A stretch of 64,000 bases of DNA from Vicugna vicugna (GCA_013265495.1 MU057865.1:496001-560000); one strand, 5' to 3'. Positions 34,865 to 48,356 are shown, counted from the stretch's first letter. A program made the numbers and translations. The notes: a model not told the origin generated them from the sequence alone.

Positions 34865-35060
34865 ATAAGCTAATACTTAATAGGACTTACCATGTTTCAC
34901 GCCCTGCTTTGAGTGTTTTGCCAATATCGTCTCATTCAGTCCTTACACTATTCTTGTGAAATAGATGTTAGTATTGTTCCCATTTTACAGATGAGGAAAT
35001 AAAAATATAGAGATGAAGTTGTTTCCAAATGTCACATGCAGGTTCAAATCCAGGTGCTCT
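34865..35060 (-). mobile_element. MIR SINE
   Basis: Core CCCATTTTACAGATGAGGAAA plus AGCTAATACTTAATAGGACTTACCATGT and GGTTCAAATCCAGGT. Confidence 0.8.
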
Positions 35061-37923
35061 GCTGTAGAAGTCATGCTTTTTTTTTTTTTAAATGGGTAAA
35101 GGACACCTTGGGAGCCATTGAAATGGTAACAATATAACCAATAATGATTCACAGATTTGCTTTTCCCTTAAGAGTCTGTATGTTATAGTGTAATAACCCA
35201 GTGACTGTCGCACTGCTTTGCTTTTAGGAGGCGGGGGCTATTGGGTTGCTCTAAGGCACCATGTCAGCATGTCAACCTTGCTGACAGCTTGGCCACCACT
35301 GCTGTCCCCAGACACATCAGAATTGCTTGCAGCATCTGTCTTCTTGGTCTTTGAGCACCTGAGTTACATTCTGAGTGGTCATAAAAGAGTCATAGAGTGA
35401 GTCCTTCAGTCACTACCCATTACTGAGCTGCCACAATTCCTTAAAATGTAGGGAGTCAGGGGAAGTGTTCATTCTGTGCCCCTGAAAGCAAGTTACAACA
35501 AGCCCCTGGCTTTTCTTACCTTCCCCTCCTACTCCTTTCTTCTGTGAACTCCCCTAGCAAGTCTTCAAAGTCTCTGAGGGGTGGGGATGAAAGAGTTTGG
35601 TCCTAGAAGAGAGGTAAATGCAAAGATACAAGAGTAAATACTTTTCTTTCATTTCCCTCTTCTTTTCAAGACTTTGAGCCAAAGGCACAGTGTTTTTCAT
35701 TAGAGCTGCTCCCTCGTTGAGAAGACAGGCGTGTCTGTGATGCTTCAGAACCCAGTCTGTGCTCTAGGACTCACTTCTTTCTGTCCTTCATGGGAACCAG
35801 GAAGTCTTCTGAGTCAGAACCATCAAGACAGAGAATGCAACCTGCTGACGACCACAGACGCACTGTCCTTTAACTCAGGCCATGGGACAGAATGAAGCAT
35901 GGCTGGGCGGACAAGTGACCCGGCTTTAAGCACTAACCCAACAAATACTCACAGATCAACACTAAATGGCTTAAAGGAGAATTTCAAGTCGGCGACTAAA
36001 ACTTCTCGCTGGCTGTTTTGGGAAACAATCAAGTAGGATGTGCAACATCCCTTCCATCTTTAATTCTGAACTTTTAACTGCTCGACATTGATTATTGTCT
36101 GGTCATCCTGTGCCTTGACGCATTATGCACATATTAATTGTCTTTTTCTCTTCACTCTGATGCTCTTTTTTGTTTGGCTGGCGTGGCCAGGGCTGACCTG
36201 GCTTTTAGACTCCATTAGGCTGGGAAATCATAGTTTCTTAACTGATGCCATGAAGGATATGGAGCTCGGGGGCAGGTGCAGAAGGGCGAGTCAAGAAGGA
36301 ACCAATTTCATTAAACCAGAGAGGAGAGTTTGAACAAGTTGCCAAACTGAGGGAATAGAAATAGATACTAATAGCCAGAAGAAAGGAGGCAAACAGGTCT
36401 GAGAGCAGACTTGAGTGATGACTGGTAAATGGATTTCTATCTATAGCTGGCCTTTGTCTGTTGTGTGGGGAAGGGGACGAGATGCTGGCGATTTTAGGGG
36501 AAGAGAGATTCCTTTCAAAGTGGTCCCTTTTCCTTAGTCTACTGTATCTAGCATATGTATTTGACTTTTATTATTTACTACATTTTGAAATAATTGATTA
36601 TCTTTCGTGTGTGCATATCTTGGTTCCCTGCTCTGTCATAAGCTCCTGGAGGGCAGAAATCTTTTCTGTATTACACACGTCTCATGAAGAATCTCTTGAA
36701 CATCTCAAGAACTCAGGGAGTACTTGTGATGGGTTGATTGAGACAGGGCATTAAGACTCATTGCTATGAGCTGTCTTTAGCTGCTTTGAACAGATGGTGG
36801 TCGTTTTGCCTACTTTGCATGGACATAGTATGAGAACAGGAACTAACCCAGAAATGGCTCGGATCCCAGCCAGTGGAACTTGGACCCTGCACTATGGTCA
36901 GCTCAGGTCACGGTGGCCCATTTACAAAACGGAACTGCATCTCTTACTGGGGTAGCATGAAGAAGCATCCTTCTAAAGAAGCCCTCTTATTGGCCCATTA
37001 CCATTATAATAGGAAACATCTTTGAACTTAAATCCATCTAGTTAATAGTGTTTTTTGTGACTACCCAAAATCTATTGATATCCATTTCATTTTTCTGATT
37101 AAAACAAAATCATAAAATGGATAATTGAGGCCCCAAAGTCCATTATTTAGGGTAAGTTTTCCAACTCATCTATTGTTATGCTATTAAGTAAATATCTGCT
37201 TTATCTCCATTGAGTTTTTGCAACCTTTGCTACATTAAGTTCTTCAGCCCGTACCAGTCTCTCTCTGATCTGATCTCATGCAATCCATATTACCTGAAAC
37301 CCTCATTTTGGTATTTGATTATATGTAGCTACACCTGCAGCATTTTTACTTTGTATGCTATGGTAGATGGCAAGTACTATATTTTAGTTCTATTTTATAA
37401 CGCCAGGATCACCTACCACAGAGATCACATACAGTAAGGATTCAGTATAGTTTTTTGTTTAATTGAAGTATAGTCAGTTTACAATGTGGTGTCAATTTCT
37501 GGTGTAGAGCATAAAGTTTCAGTCATACATACACATACACATATTTGTTTTCATATTCTTTTTCATTATGAGTTATTACAAGGTATTTTTTACTTATATG
37601 TATATTTTTATTGAAGTCAATTTACAATGTGGTACCAATTTCTGGTGTACAGCATATTGCTTCAGTAATATATAACCATACATATATTCATTTTCATATT
37701 CTTTTACACCATAAGTTACTACAAGATATTGAATATAGCTCCCTGTGCTACACAGTATGAACTTTTTGCTTATCTATTTTGTATATAGTAGTTAGTATCT
37801 GCAAATCTCAAACTCCCAGTTTATCCCTTCCCACCCTTCCCCTACTGGTAACCATAAGTTTGTTTCCTATGTCTGTGAGTCTGTTTCTATTTTATAATTA
37901 AGTTCCTTTGGCTTTTTTTTTTT

Positions 37924-40900
37924 TTAGATTCCACATATAAATGATACTATATGATATTTTTCTTTCTCTTTCTGGCTTACTTCATTTAGAATGACAATCT
38001 GCAGGTCCATCCATGTTGCTGCAAGTGGCATTAATTTAATATATTTTATGGCTGAATATTATCCCATTGTATAAGTATACCACACCTTCTTTATCCAGTC
38101 ATCTGTCATTGGACACTTAGGTTGTTTCCATGTCTTGGCTATTGTAAATAGTGCTGCTATGAACATTGAGGTGAAGGTGTCTTTTTGAATTAAGGATCCC
38201 TCTGGATATATACCCAGGAGTAAGATTGCTAAATCATATGGTAAGTTTATTTTCAGTCTTTTGAGGAATCTCCATACTGTTTTCCACAGTGGCTGCACCA
38301 AACTGCATTCCCACCAGCAGTGTAGGAGGGTTCCCTTTCCTCCACAGCCTCTCCAGCATTTGTCATTTGTGGACTTTTGAATGATGGCCATTCTGATTGG
38401 TGTGAGGTGATACCTCATTGTAGTTTTGATTTGCATTTCTCTGATAATTAGTGATATTGACCATTTTTTTTCATGTGCTTATTGGCCATTTGTATGTCTT
38501 CATTGGAGAACTGCATGTTTAAGTCTTATGCCCATTTTTGGATTGGATTGTTTGTTTTCTTATTAAATTGTAGAAGCTGTTTATATCTTCTGGAAATTAA
38601 GCTCTTGTCAGTCTCATCTTTTGCAAATATTTCCTCCCATTCTGTAGGTTGTCTTTTTGTTTTGCTTATGATTTCCTTTGCTGTGCAAAAGCTTGTAAGT
38701 TTAATTAGGCCCCATTTGTTGACTTTTGCTTTTCTTTCTATTGCCTGATTAGACTGCCCTAGAACATTGCTAAGATTTATGCCAAAGAATGTTTTGCCTA
38801 TGTCTTCTTCTAAGAGGTTTATAATATCTTATCTTATGTTTAAGTTTTTAAGCCATTTTGAGTTTATTTTTGTGTATGGTGTGAGGGAGTGTTCTAACTT
38901 CACTGAGTTACATGCAGCTGTCCAGTTTTCCCAACACCATTTGCTGAAGAGACTATCTTTACTTCATTGTTTGTTCTTCCCTCCTTTGTCAAAGATTAAT
39001 TGACTAAAAGTTTGTGGGTTTATTTCTGGGCTCTTCTCTATTCTGTCCCATTGATCCATATGTCTGTTTTTGTACCAGTACCATGCTGTTCTGATTACTG
39101 TAGCTCTGTAGTATTGTCTGAAGTCTAGGATGGTTATCCCTCCAGCTTCATTCTTTTTCTTCATTATTGCTGTGGCAATTCTGAGTCCTTTGTGAGTCCA
39201 TATAAATTATACCATTATTTGTTCTAGTTCTGTGAAAAATGTCCTGGGTAATTAGATAGAGACAACATTAAATCTGTAGATTGCTTTGGGTAGTATGGCC
39301 ATTTTAACAATATTAATTCTTCTAATCCAAGAACATATGATATATTTCCATTTCATTAAGTCATCTTTAATTTCCTTAGTCAATGTTTTGTAGGTCTCTG
39401 CATATAAGTCTTTCACTTCCTTGGTCAAATTTACTCCTGAGTATCTTATCTTATTTTATTTTTTGGATGAAATTTTAAAAGAGATTGCTTCCTTACTTTC
39501 CTTTTCTGATATTTCATTGTTAGTGTAAAGAAATGAAACTGATTTCTGTATGTTAAACTTGTATCCTGCTACCTTGCCGAATTCTTTTATCGACTCTGGT
39601 AGTTTTTGTGTGGAGCCTTTAGGGTTTTCTATATATAGTATAATGTCATCTGCACATAATGACAATTTTACCTCTTCTCTTCCAATTTGGATCCCTTTTA
39701 TTTCTTTTTCTTGTCTAATCACTATGGCCAGCACTTCCAGTATTATATTGAATAGAAGTGGTGAGAGTGGGCATCCTTATCTAGTTCCAAATTTTAGTGA
39801 TAAGGCTTTCAACTTTTCACTGTTGAGTATTATACTGGCTGTAGGTTTGTCATAAATAGCTTTTATTATGTTGAGATATATTCCTTCTATACCCACTTTG
39901 GTAAGAGTTTTTATCATAAATGGGTGTTGGATTTTATCAGATGCTTTTTCTGCATCTATTGAGATGATCATGTGATTTTCTTTCTCTTGTTGATGTGGTG
40001 TATCATATTGATTGATTTGCATATTTTGAAATATTCTTATGTCCCTTGGATGAACCCAGCTTGATCATGGTGTATGATCTTTTTTATGTGTTGGTGTATT
40101 CTGTTTGCTAATATTTTGTTTAGAATTTTTACATCTATGTTCATCAGCAATATTGGTCTATAGTTTTCTTGGTAGTGTCTCTGTCTGGCTTCGGTATCAA
40201 GGTGATGGTGGCTTCATAGAATGAGTTTGGGAGTATTCCTTCCTCTTCAGTATTTTGAAAGAGTTTGAGAAGAATCTATGTAAGCTCTTATTTTTATGTT
40301 TGATGGAATTCCCAAGTGAAACCATCTGGTCTTGGTCTTGTTTGCAGGGAGGTGTTTTTTTTTTTAATCACAAATTTTATTTCATGTCTATTGGTAGGTC
40401 TGTTCAAATGATCTATTTCTTCTTGACTCAGTTTTGGTGGACTGTATTTTTCTAGAAACTTGTCCATTTCTTCTAAGTTGTAAAGTTTATTGCCATATAG
40501 TTGTTCATAGTATTCTTTTATAATATTTTATATTTCTGTGGGGTTGGTTGTAATTTCTCCATTTTCTTTTCTTATTTTGTTTATTTGTGTCTTCTCTCTT
40601 TTCTTCTTGGTGAGCCTGGGCAGAGGTTTGCCAATTTTATTTACTCTTTCAGAAAACCAGTTCTTCATTTGATTGATTTTTCCTACTGTTTCTTTAATCT
40701 CTATTTTATTTATTTCCATCCTGATCTTTATCCTTTCTTTCCTTCTGCTAACTTTAGGTTTTGTTTGTTCTTCTCTTTCTAATTCTTTTAAGTGGAAGTT
40801 TAAGTTGTTTATTTGAGATTGTTCTTGTTTTCTTGAGGAAGGTCTGTATCTGTTTGAACTTCCCTCTTAGGATTTCTTCTGTTGCATCCGATACATTTTG

Positions 40901-41741
40901 TGTGGCTGTGCTTTCATTGTCATTTGTCTCAAGGTATTTTTTTAATGTCTTCTTTGATTTCATTGTTGACTCATTAGTTTTTAAGTAGCATGTTGTTTTG
41001 TCTCCATGCTGTCATTTTTGTTTTTCTCATTTGTTTTTCTCTGGTTGATTTCTAGTTTTATCTGTTGTGGTCAGAGAAGATGCTTGAAATAATTTCTGTC
41101 TTCTTACATTTGTTGAGGCTTCTTTTGTGCCCGAGTATGCGGTCTATCCTAGAGAATGTCTCATGCACCCTTGAAAAGAATGTATATTCTGTTTTTTGGG
41201 GATGGAATATCCTAAAAATATCAACCAAGACAATCTGTTCTACTGTCATTTAGTATCTCTGTTGCCTTATTGATTTTCTGTCTGGAAGACCTGTCCAGTG
41301 ACATTAGTCAAGTGTTAAAGTCTCCTACTATTATTGTATTCCCACCAATTTCTCCCTTTATGTCTGTTAGTATTTGTTTTATATATTTAAGTGTTCCTAT
41401 ATTGGGTGCATATATGATAATGAGTGTAATATTGTATTACTCCTTTGATTATTATATAAAGTCCTTCTTTATCTTTCTTTATGGCCTTTGTTTTAAGGTC
41501 TATTTTATCTGATCTGAGTATTGCCTCTTCCACTTCCTTGTCATTTCCATTTGCAAAAATATCTTTTCCATCCTCTCACTTTCAGTCTATGTGTGTCTTT
41601 CACTCTAAAGTGGATCTCTTGTAGGCAGCATGTTGTAGGCTTTTGTTTTATTATCCAATTTGCCACTCTGTATCTTTTGATTGGAGCATTTAGTCCGTTG
41701 AAACTTACAGTAATTATTGATAGATGTGATTTGATTGCCAT
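37924..41741 (-). pseudogene. L1 ORF2 (endonuclease, reverse transcriptase, CCHC), disrupted
   Basis: EN start MAIKSHLSIITVSFNGLNAPIKR...CCLQE; RIDRILG and SDHN; RT motifs [19 protein letters not shown] and [29 protein letters not shown]; ends EKYHIVSFICGI*. The 3818-nt span is broken into many short ORFs. Confidence 0.95.
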
Positions 41742-42168
41742 TTTGAACTTTGTTTTCCAGTTGATTTGGTATTTCTTCTTTGTTCCTTTCTTTTCCTTTT
41801 TGTTTTTCTTTTTGTGGTTTGATAATTTTCTTTTGTGTTACCTTGGTTTCTTTTTTTTTTTTCACGACTCTATTGTATTGCTTATTTGTGTTTACCCTGT
41901 TTTTCAAATATGTTAACCCATTACTATATCTGTTTGCTTTAGACTAGTAGTCTTCTAGACTCAAACACATCACAAAGGAAAAAAAAAGAGAAAAAAAAAA
42001 GGAGAGAGAGAGAGAAAATCTTTATTTTCTTGTTCCACTCTCCCATCTTTTATGATTTTGATATCCTTTTTTTTAAACATCTTCACGCTAATTCTCTTTC
42101 AACTCGCTGTAGTTATCACATTTCTATTATGGTTGTCTTGTTTCTATAGCTTCTTGTTTCTTTTCTAT

Positions 42169-43053
42169 TTAGAGTAGACCTTTCAGTATTTCTTTTAGGA
42201 TAGGTTTGGTGTTGCTGAATTCTTTTAGTTTTTGCTTGTATGTGAAATTATTATTTCTCCTTGTACTGTAAAGCACAGTCTTTCCCTATAGAGTATCCTA
42301 GGTTGCAGCTTTTTCTCATTCAGGACTTTGAATATACCTTGCCACTCCCTTCCAACAGTATTTATTTAGAGAAATCAGCTGAAAGCCTTATGGGGATTCC
42401 CTTGGAACTAACTGAGCTTTTCTCTTGCTGCCTTTAGAACCATTTCTTTATCTTTAACTTTGGCCATCTTAATTATCATGTCTTTGTGTGCGTATGTTTG
42501 TGTTCTTCTTGTTGGGGGCCCTCTGTGCTTTCTGTTCTTGGATATCTGATTCCTTCTTTAGGTTTGGGAAGTTTTCAGTCATGATTTCTTCAAAGACCTT
42601 TTCAATTCCCCTTTTCTCTTTCTTTTCCTCTGGGACTCTTATTATGTATATGTTGGCCTGCTTTATATTATCCCATAGGTCCCTTATATTGCTTTTATTG
42701 GTTTTCTCTTGCTTTTCTGTCTGCTTTTCTGATTGGGTGACTTCTGTTATCCTGTCTTCTAAGTCACTTTTTTGTTTCTCTGCATTATCTAGTCTACTTT
42801 TGATTGCCTTTAGCTTGGCTTTTTTCTCAGCCATTGAGTTTTCAGTTTTTAATTTGCTCCTCTTTATAGTTCCTATTTCCTTTTTATAGTATTCTCTATC
42901 TCTATTTATAGTCTCTCTTATTTCCTTCAGTGCTTTGATCATTCTGTTTTTGAAGCCATGATCTAGTAGACTGTCAAGGTCTATCTCATTGTTCATTCTT
43001 TCAGGAGACTTCTCTTGCTCTTTTAATTGGGAATGGTTCCTCTGCTTCCTCAT
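42169..43053 (-). pseudogene. L1 ORF1 (RNA-binding coiled-coil protein), frameshifted
   Basis: MRKQRNHSQLKEQEKSPE...IRDLWDNIKQANIYIIRVPE...EIMTENFPNL. Frameshift near 42480 before IIKMAKVKDKE. Canonical end KQKLKEFSNTKPILKEILKGLL*. Confidence 0.93.
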
Positions 43054-44569
43054 TTTTCTTATATTTCTTTGGCCTGTGGGTTTAGGAGTATCAGTTATCT
43101 ACTGTGATCTTGAAGGGCTGGTTTTTGTTTGTTTATTTGTTTGTTTTTATTTAAAGTGGGAGCTTTCCTGTGTCGACTGTGTGCATCTGATAGGTCTGCT
43201 GTGAGGGCTGTTCTTAGGATGGACAGTTGCCCCATCTTTCTTCTGTTTGTGTTGGCTGTTACCCCTTTGACTGGGGGTGTGGTTGATGTTTTGGTGAGCA
43301 GAGCCTGCCCTGATTGTTGTTGACTGGGGCCTCCTTTTTTGTTCTGCAATTGTCACAACCCTGAAAGGGGGTGGGTCTGCTCCCCTGTTGCTGGAATAGA
43401 GGCTTCTAGACCTGTTTCTGAGTTCCAGTGTGTGGTAGGCAGGGTTGGAGTACTTCAGCTGGGAAGAAGGGTCACTGAGTATACCTCCTCAGGAGATGTC
43501 CACTGGGAAGTGCCCTCTGTCATGTTGTCTGTCACCTGTTATGTGGGCTTACAAAGTTCTTTTTGTTGATGCTGCCTTTTCCCCCCACATTAGCTGTGGG
43601 AATGTCAGCCACCCACTCTGATGTCCCCCAGGTTCTGGGCTCCCAGAACTACCAGCACAAAGCAAGCACATAGCAAGCATGAAGCTACACACCTGAATCC
43701 GTGGTACACCACAGAGTCAGAGCAGACCCCAGCTCCACCTTTGCATGCAGTATGGTAGGCAGGCCTGTTGTAAATACTTGTACTTGCCAGAATGTGCCAG
43801 AACTCTGTTCACTGCCTGTTTGTCCTAGAAGCACAGGTTCACAAATGTGCCAGTGGAGCAAATCCACTCTCTCTGCCTGGGGCTGTAAATAAATCTCAGT
43901 CTTGCCTGTGTAGTGCAGGGGCCTTGGGTATGGACTCAGCTTTCAACCCTATGTCCATGCAGCAGCAATGGTTATGACCAAGTCCCACCTCTCCTCTTGT
44001 GAAAACACCAACAATGGAGCCAAATGGAGACAGGGGCTGCATTGTGCCCCTCCCCACCACACACACTAGCAGTGGTGCTTTTTTAATGTGAGTCCCAGGC
44101 TGTTCTGTTCTGCACACACTCCCAGCCAGTGCTCACACCACCCTCCAGTCCCCTGAGGCTACCTTTGTGCAATGGGCCCCAGCCCTCTGCCCAGGCTCAT
44201 CATCGATCTCCAGGAGCCAGTCCTGGCTTGTCCCTGCAGGCTCGTGACTAGGGCTGGGGATGATAGGGACCCTCCATGCTACCACTTTCTCCTCTGAGCC
44301 TCGGAAGCTCTGCTTCTGTCCCACTGACCTCTGGGCTGGAGAGTGGGCATCGAAGGGTGAGGGTCCTTTCTTCCTTTGCCACTCCCTCCCTGCAGGACTG
44401 GTCCTGCACTGATTTTCTTTTTCTTTTTTTTCTTTTACCAGATTTTGTGAGAATCTTCTTGTATTTTAAGCAACACTCTGCCAGAGCTCAGTAGGTGTTC
44501 TTTGCGATTCAATGGGTCTGTAGATGTAATTCTTGGTGTATTTGTGGGAGAGGGTGAGCTGTGAGTCTC

Positions 44570-44596
44570 TCTACTCTGCCATCTTGTCACCTCCCC
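44570..44596 (-). promoter_or_regulatory. L1 5' terminus with YY1 site of the internal promoter
   Basis: AAGATGGC (plus-strand GCCATCTT, 44578-44585) lies ~12 nt inside the G-rich 5' end, the conserved position in mammalian L1. Confidence 0.8.
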
Positions 44597-47500
44597 TATA
44601 AGGTATTGAATATAGTTTCCTGTGCTATACAGTATAAACTTGTTCATTTTATATATAGGGTATAGTTTTAGAATGAAAATAAATAGTAAACAGGGAGTAT
44701 CATGTGTGAGTCCTTACATCTGTTTTGAAGCCTATGCTAAATAATTTGCTCCCTCATAATTGATTGCAAGCTTCTCAAGGGCTCCCCATCTGTTCAAAAT
44801 ATTACTTTCCTTAATTCCAAAGCAGTATCATTCAATCATTATTTAATAAATATTCATGGTCTGTGATGACTGCAGCTTTTAAGATGAAAGGCTATATTAA
44901 GACAGCACATCGAATGGAAACTCAAGCAAACAAACACAGAAAACAAAACCCAGCAGCCTCCAAGGAGGATGTTGTTGGTTCACTGCCCTTTAACATGAAG
45001 AAAAGTGGGAGCAACAGCTCAGGAAGTAGTAACGGGCTGAGGGGCCTCTTGCCAGTAAGTTGAGGGTTCACAAGTATCAATTATTTACCTTGATGACTGC
45101 TTCATGGTATAAAAAGAAAGCTTTTTTTCCAACTCCTAACTGGGGTGTGTGTGTGCAGGGTGTGGGTGGCATATGCCTAGCCATTCTTTTAAAGCTGATT
45201 TCCTAAATATCACTGCTAAATTGGTTACCATTTCTCTGAACCCAGATAGCATTTCTGTGAAACCATTAATATATAATACAAGTATGTGTCCTGTTCATTG
45301 CCACCTGTTGACAAGTTGTTCTCAAATTACATACGTGAACTTCCCACTAAAAAAAGTCATTATATTTTCTTTCTTCTTCTTACCTACAATGAAGTTTGTG
45401 CTCAGTAAGTGTCAATACCTTCCTGGCTGCCTCAGCTGCCACTGACTGGTTTCACCAGAAATCGCTGGTCCGTGAAAGAGGGCACACAGAGATCAGTGTT
45501 AATAAAATTGGAACTCATCTGTCTTTTAATTTCTACTGAGTTCTTGCTCGGTGGTAGAATCCTTAACTAGTCCTCTCTCTCTCTTAAAGTGTTTTGAGAC
45601 AGACATTGAAGGCCACTGATTATTCTTAAAAATCTTAAAATCTAAACTTTTCTACATCATCTGTAGGTGGTTGAGTAAGGTAAGTACCAAGGCATCAGGG
45701 CACAGCTCCTCCCATATATGACCATCGTGCCTCACAATGTCCCTAGAGTGAGGACCTTCAGCTCCCCAATGCTGTCAACCTGATACTTTTTAGCAACATG
45801 AATGAAAGCCACCAGACAACAATGACAAGTCCCCAGAATAGATCCACAGGGTTTGCAGTGGCTAAGAGCTGGATTTGCTAAAAATAAGTCTGCTTCTGCT
45901 CCTTCCATCATTCTTTTTCTGCTAGACTATAATTAAAGTCCACATCTGAAATTCTTATTGAGCAGCAAAGTCTTATGAGTGATTGGCATCTGGCATCCAA
46001 AAATATTCCACAAAGAGCCGTGTTCTCAGTGGCACATCTGACAGGCTCGGCTCACTTTCAGGGCTTCCAGCTTCCTGATGAGTGGCAAACCAATGGATGA
46101 ATAGGAAGATTTCTTCAGCCCAATATCAATCAATCAGTTGGTTCTTCCATCAATGACTTAAAGCAATTTCCCATGCCTACCCTCGCTTACCCAACACTGG
46201 CACAGAAGACAAGAGTGATAGGAGGAAAATCAGCCTCACTAATTGAAACACTTTTTCCCTTGCCAGTGCTGGGGAAAAGGGACCCAGCTTGGTTGGGGAA
46301 ATGTGGTTTCCTGACGAGATGGAGAATTGCACTTGCCTGCTGGTTGAAATAGCATTAGTTTTTGCATAGAAGTTCTACCCAATTAAAGGACCTTTATTTG
46401 AACCCAAAATCTGTGGTCTCCCTGGCAGAGAGAGATTAGTTTTAAGAAGGAGGGGCAAAAGCCTTCCCCATCATCTTATTTTTCATGCTTGTGCCATTTG
46501 CATGAAAACTAGACAATGTGTGATTGCACACAGGGTACTCCTCATAGCACCCTAAATAAGAACATTTTGGACAATGAGAAGCACTTCTCCCTCTGAGCAG
46601 TCCAATAAACCTCATCATATGAATATACAATGAGATAAAACACCAATCTTACACTGAAAGGTTTTATGATTTTAAGTACACGTGTGCTAAACTCTTATCA
46701 TAATTGTAATTAGAAAGAGCTGGCCAGTTTCCTGCTGCTCTGGCTCACATTTGACATGTGAGCAGTATGAGGTTAGATACCTGAGCGGAATTCTTGATTT
46801 GAGCTAGTTTAGAGTTGCTGTTTGCTATGTTGCAAGTAAAGAGGTCATATAAAGTAACGTTAACTCTGCTGAAAGCAAGTATGTAGATTATCTTTCTGTG
46901 TTTGCTGAGACAGCCAGTATTTCAATCTTTTATTGTGCAGACTAGTAGTATGCATTATATTAAATAATAGAATGGCTTAACAAAGGAGATTCAGATATAG
47001 GTGAATTGTAATCTTAGGATGGAGACAATCCCCAAATGTTTTGTGATCTATCTAACAAGATGGGTTTCTGCGATTGATCAAGCCCATTTGCCAGGTCTTG
47101 CTTAATCACTGTGTGTCAAAGGGAGGGAAAAACACCAACAGCAATGTAAAACAAGGAGGGAGAAACAAAGCAACTCCTGATGGGGAAAGAATCACAGAGA
47201 CGAGTTTAGAAGTGGGCAGAAGGAGAGTGGGATGCCAGTTAGTGATGTTTTCTGTGGAAGGGACTGATAAACCCAGACATATTGACAATTCATGCTTTAG
47301 TTGCATGCTTTGGTGAGTTTCAGATAATCTTTGAAGATAATATGTGTAGCAACATAACACATATGCCAAAGACAGACACTTGCTTATTACTGCAAAGCCC
47401 ATTTCTCTATACTCAGACTACTAGAAACTTAGATGTTAAATTGGCAAGCCATCTCAAATATGCTGTATTCCTTTCTCTTCAAATGGAAAAGCTGTGACAA

Positions 47501-48356
47501 AAGACAATTAAGGGATGGTCATAAAGTCCCAAAGCTAATTATGGAAGATCCAAAAGACAATTTTGGTCCCTTGAACATAATTCAAGTGTGCTTTCTTAAC
47601 TGGATATTCATCACAAGTGTGACATTGAATGGAATAAGAGGAAGAGATGCGTCATTGACTTTGTGTTAGTACCATGAGGTACCACCATACGTACACTTGA
47701 TGCAGTTCCATGCTGAAGTCACCTTCTTTTTTGTTTTAGCATCTAAGTTCACTAGAGCTGGCTAATCCATTTTCTGGAATTTGGTTAGCTGGTTGATAAC
47801 ATGTTAGAAGTTTGAAGTCAGCCATGGTGGGAAATGCTGGAATCCACAATCCAGGAGAAAAAGATTTACCAGAATGTTGTTGACTTGAAATATACATTAG
47901 GAAAGGAGGAATTTTAAGTAATTAAGACCAATAAATGGAATGATAATGTTTGCTTCTGTGAGTGTATCAAGTTAATGCCCTATGCCAAAGCCTTGTCCAA
48001 CATGAAAGAAATACGTAGTGAAGTCCACACCTTTAACACATGCTCATAAACAGCGCCACCTATTAGAGACTGAGTAAAGCAATGTTAGTGTTGTGGAGAT
48101 GAGCTCTGACTCCGGATACGAAGAGAGATGATTTCTGTCCTTCATGTCGAGGACACATCAGTCTATCCTAGAGCAGGCGTGGAAGGAATTCTGAGACAAA
48201 TTTCCTAAAGTGGAAAGTTCACCTCTGTCTCTGAATGGCTCTTGGTTTCTTCGCCAATGGGAATGATATTTACAGAAAGAATCTATTTTAGAGCTGCCTG
48301 GACAGACAAGATCTTAAAATATTCTAAAATAGAGAAACTCATCCATCTTAGAGTGT

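Larger units (their letters stand above)
37588..44596 (-). mobile_element. Full-length (~7.0 kb), retrotransposition-defective LINE-1
   Basis: 5' start GGGGAGGTGACAAGATGGCAGAGTAG, ~1.5-kb 5'UTR, ORF1, 427-bp spacer, ORF2, 3'UTR and A-rich tail. TSD TA(C/T)AAGGTATT at 37577-37587 and 44597-44607. Confidence 0.97.
37455..44659 (-). mobile_element. Older short L1 3'UTR fragment (~185 bp) split into 37455-37587 and 44597-44659 by the full-length L1
   Basis: ...GAGTTATTACAAGGTATT resumes as AAGGTATTGAATATAGTTTCCTGTGCTATACAG 7 kb later. It has its own TSD GTATAGTTTT at 37445-37454 and 44660-44669. Confidence 0.88.

Noticed and set aside
38473..42889. Plus-strand hydrophobic ORFs (also 13222-13641 on the minus strand and those at 62544-63883)
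   Set aside because: They are antisense readings of A-rich L1 sequence.
37588..44596. Active, intact L1
   Set aside because: ORF1 is frameshifted, ORF2 is broken into many pieces, and the 5'UTR CpGs have decayed.
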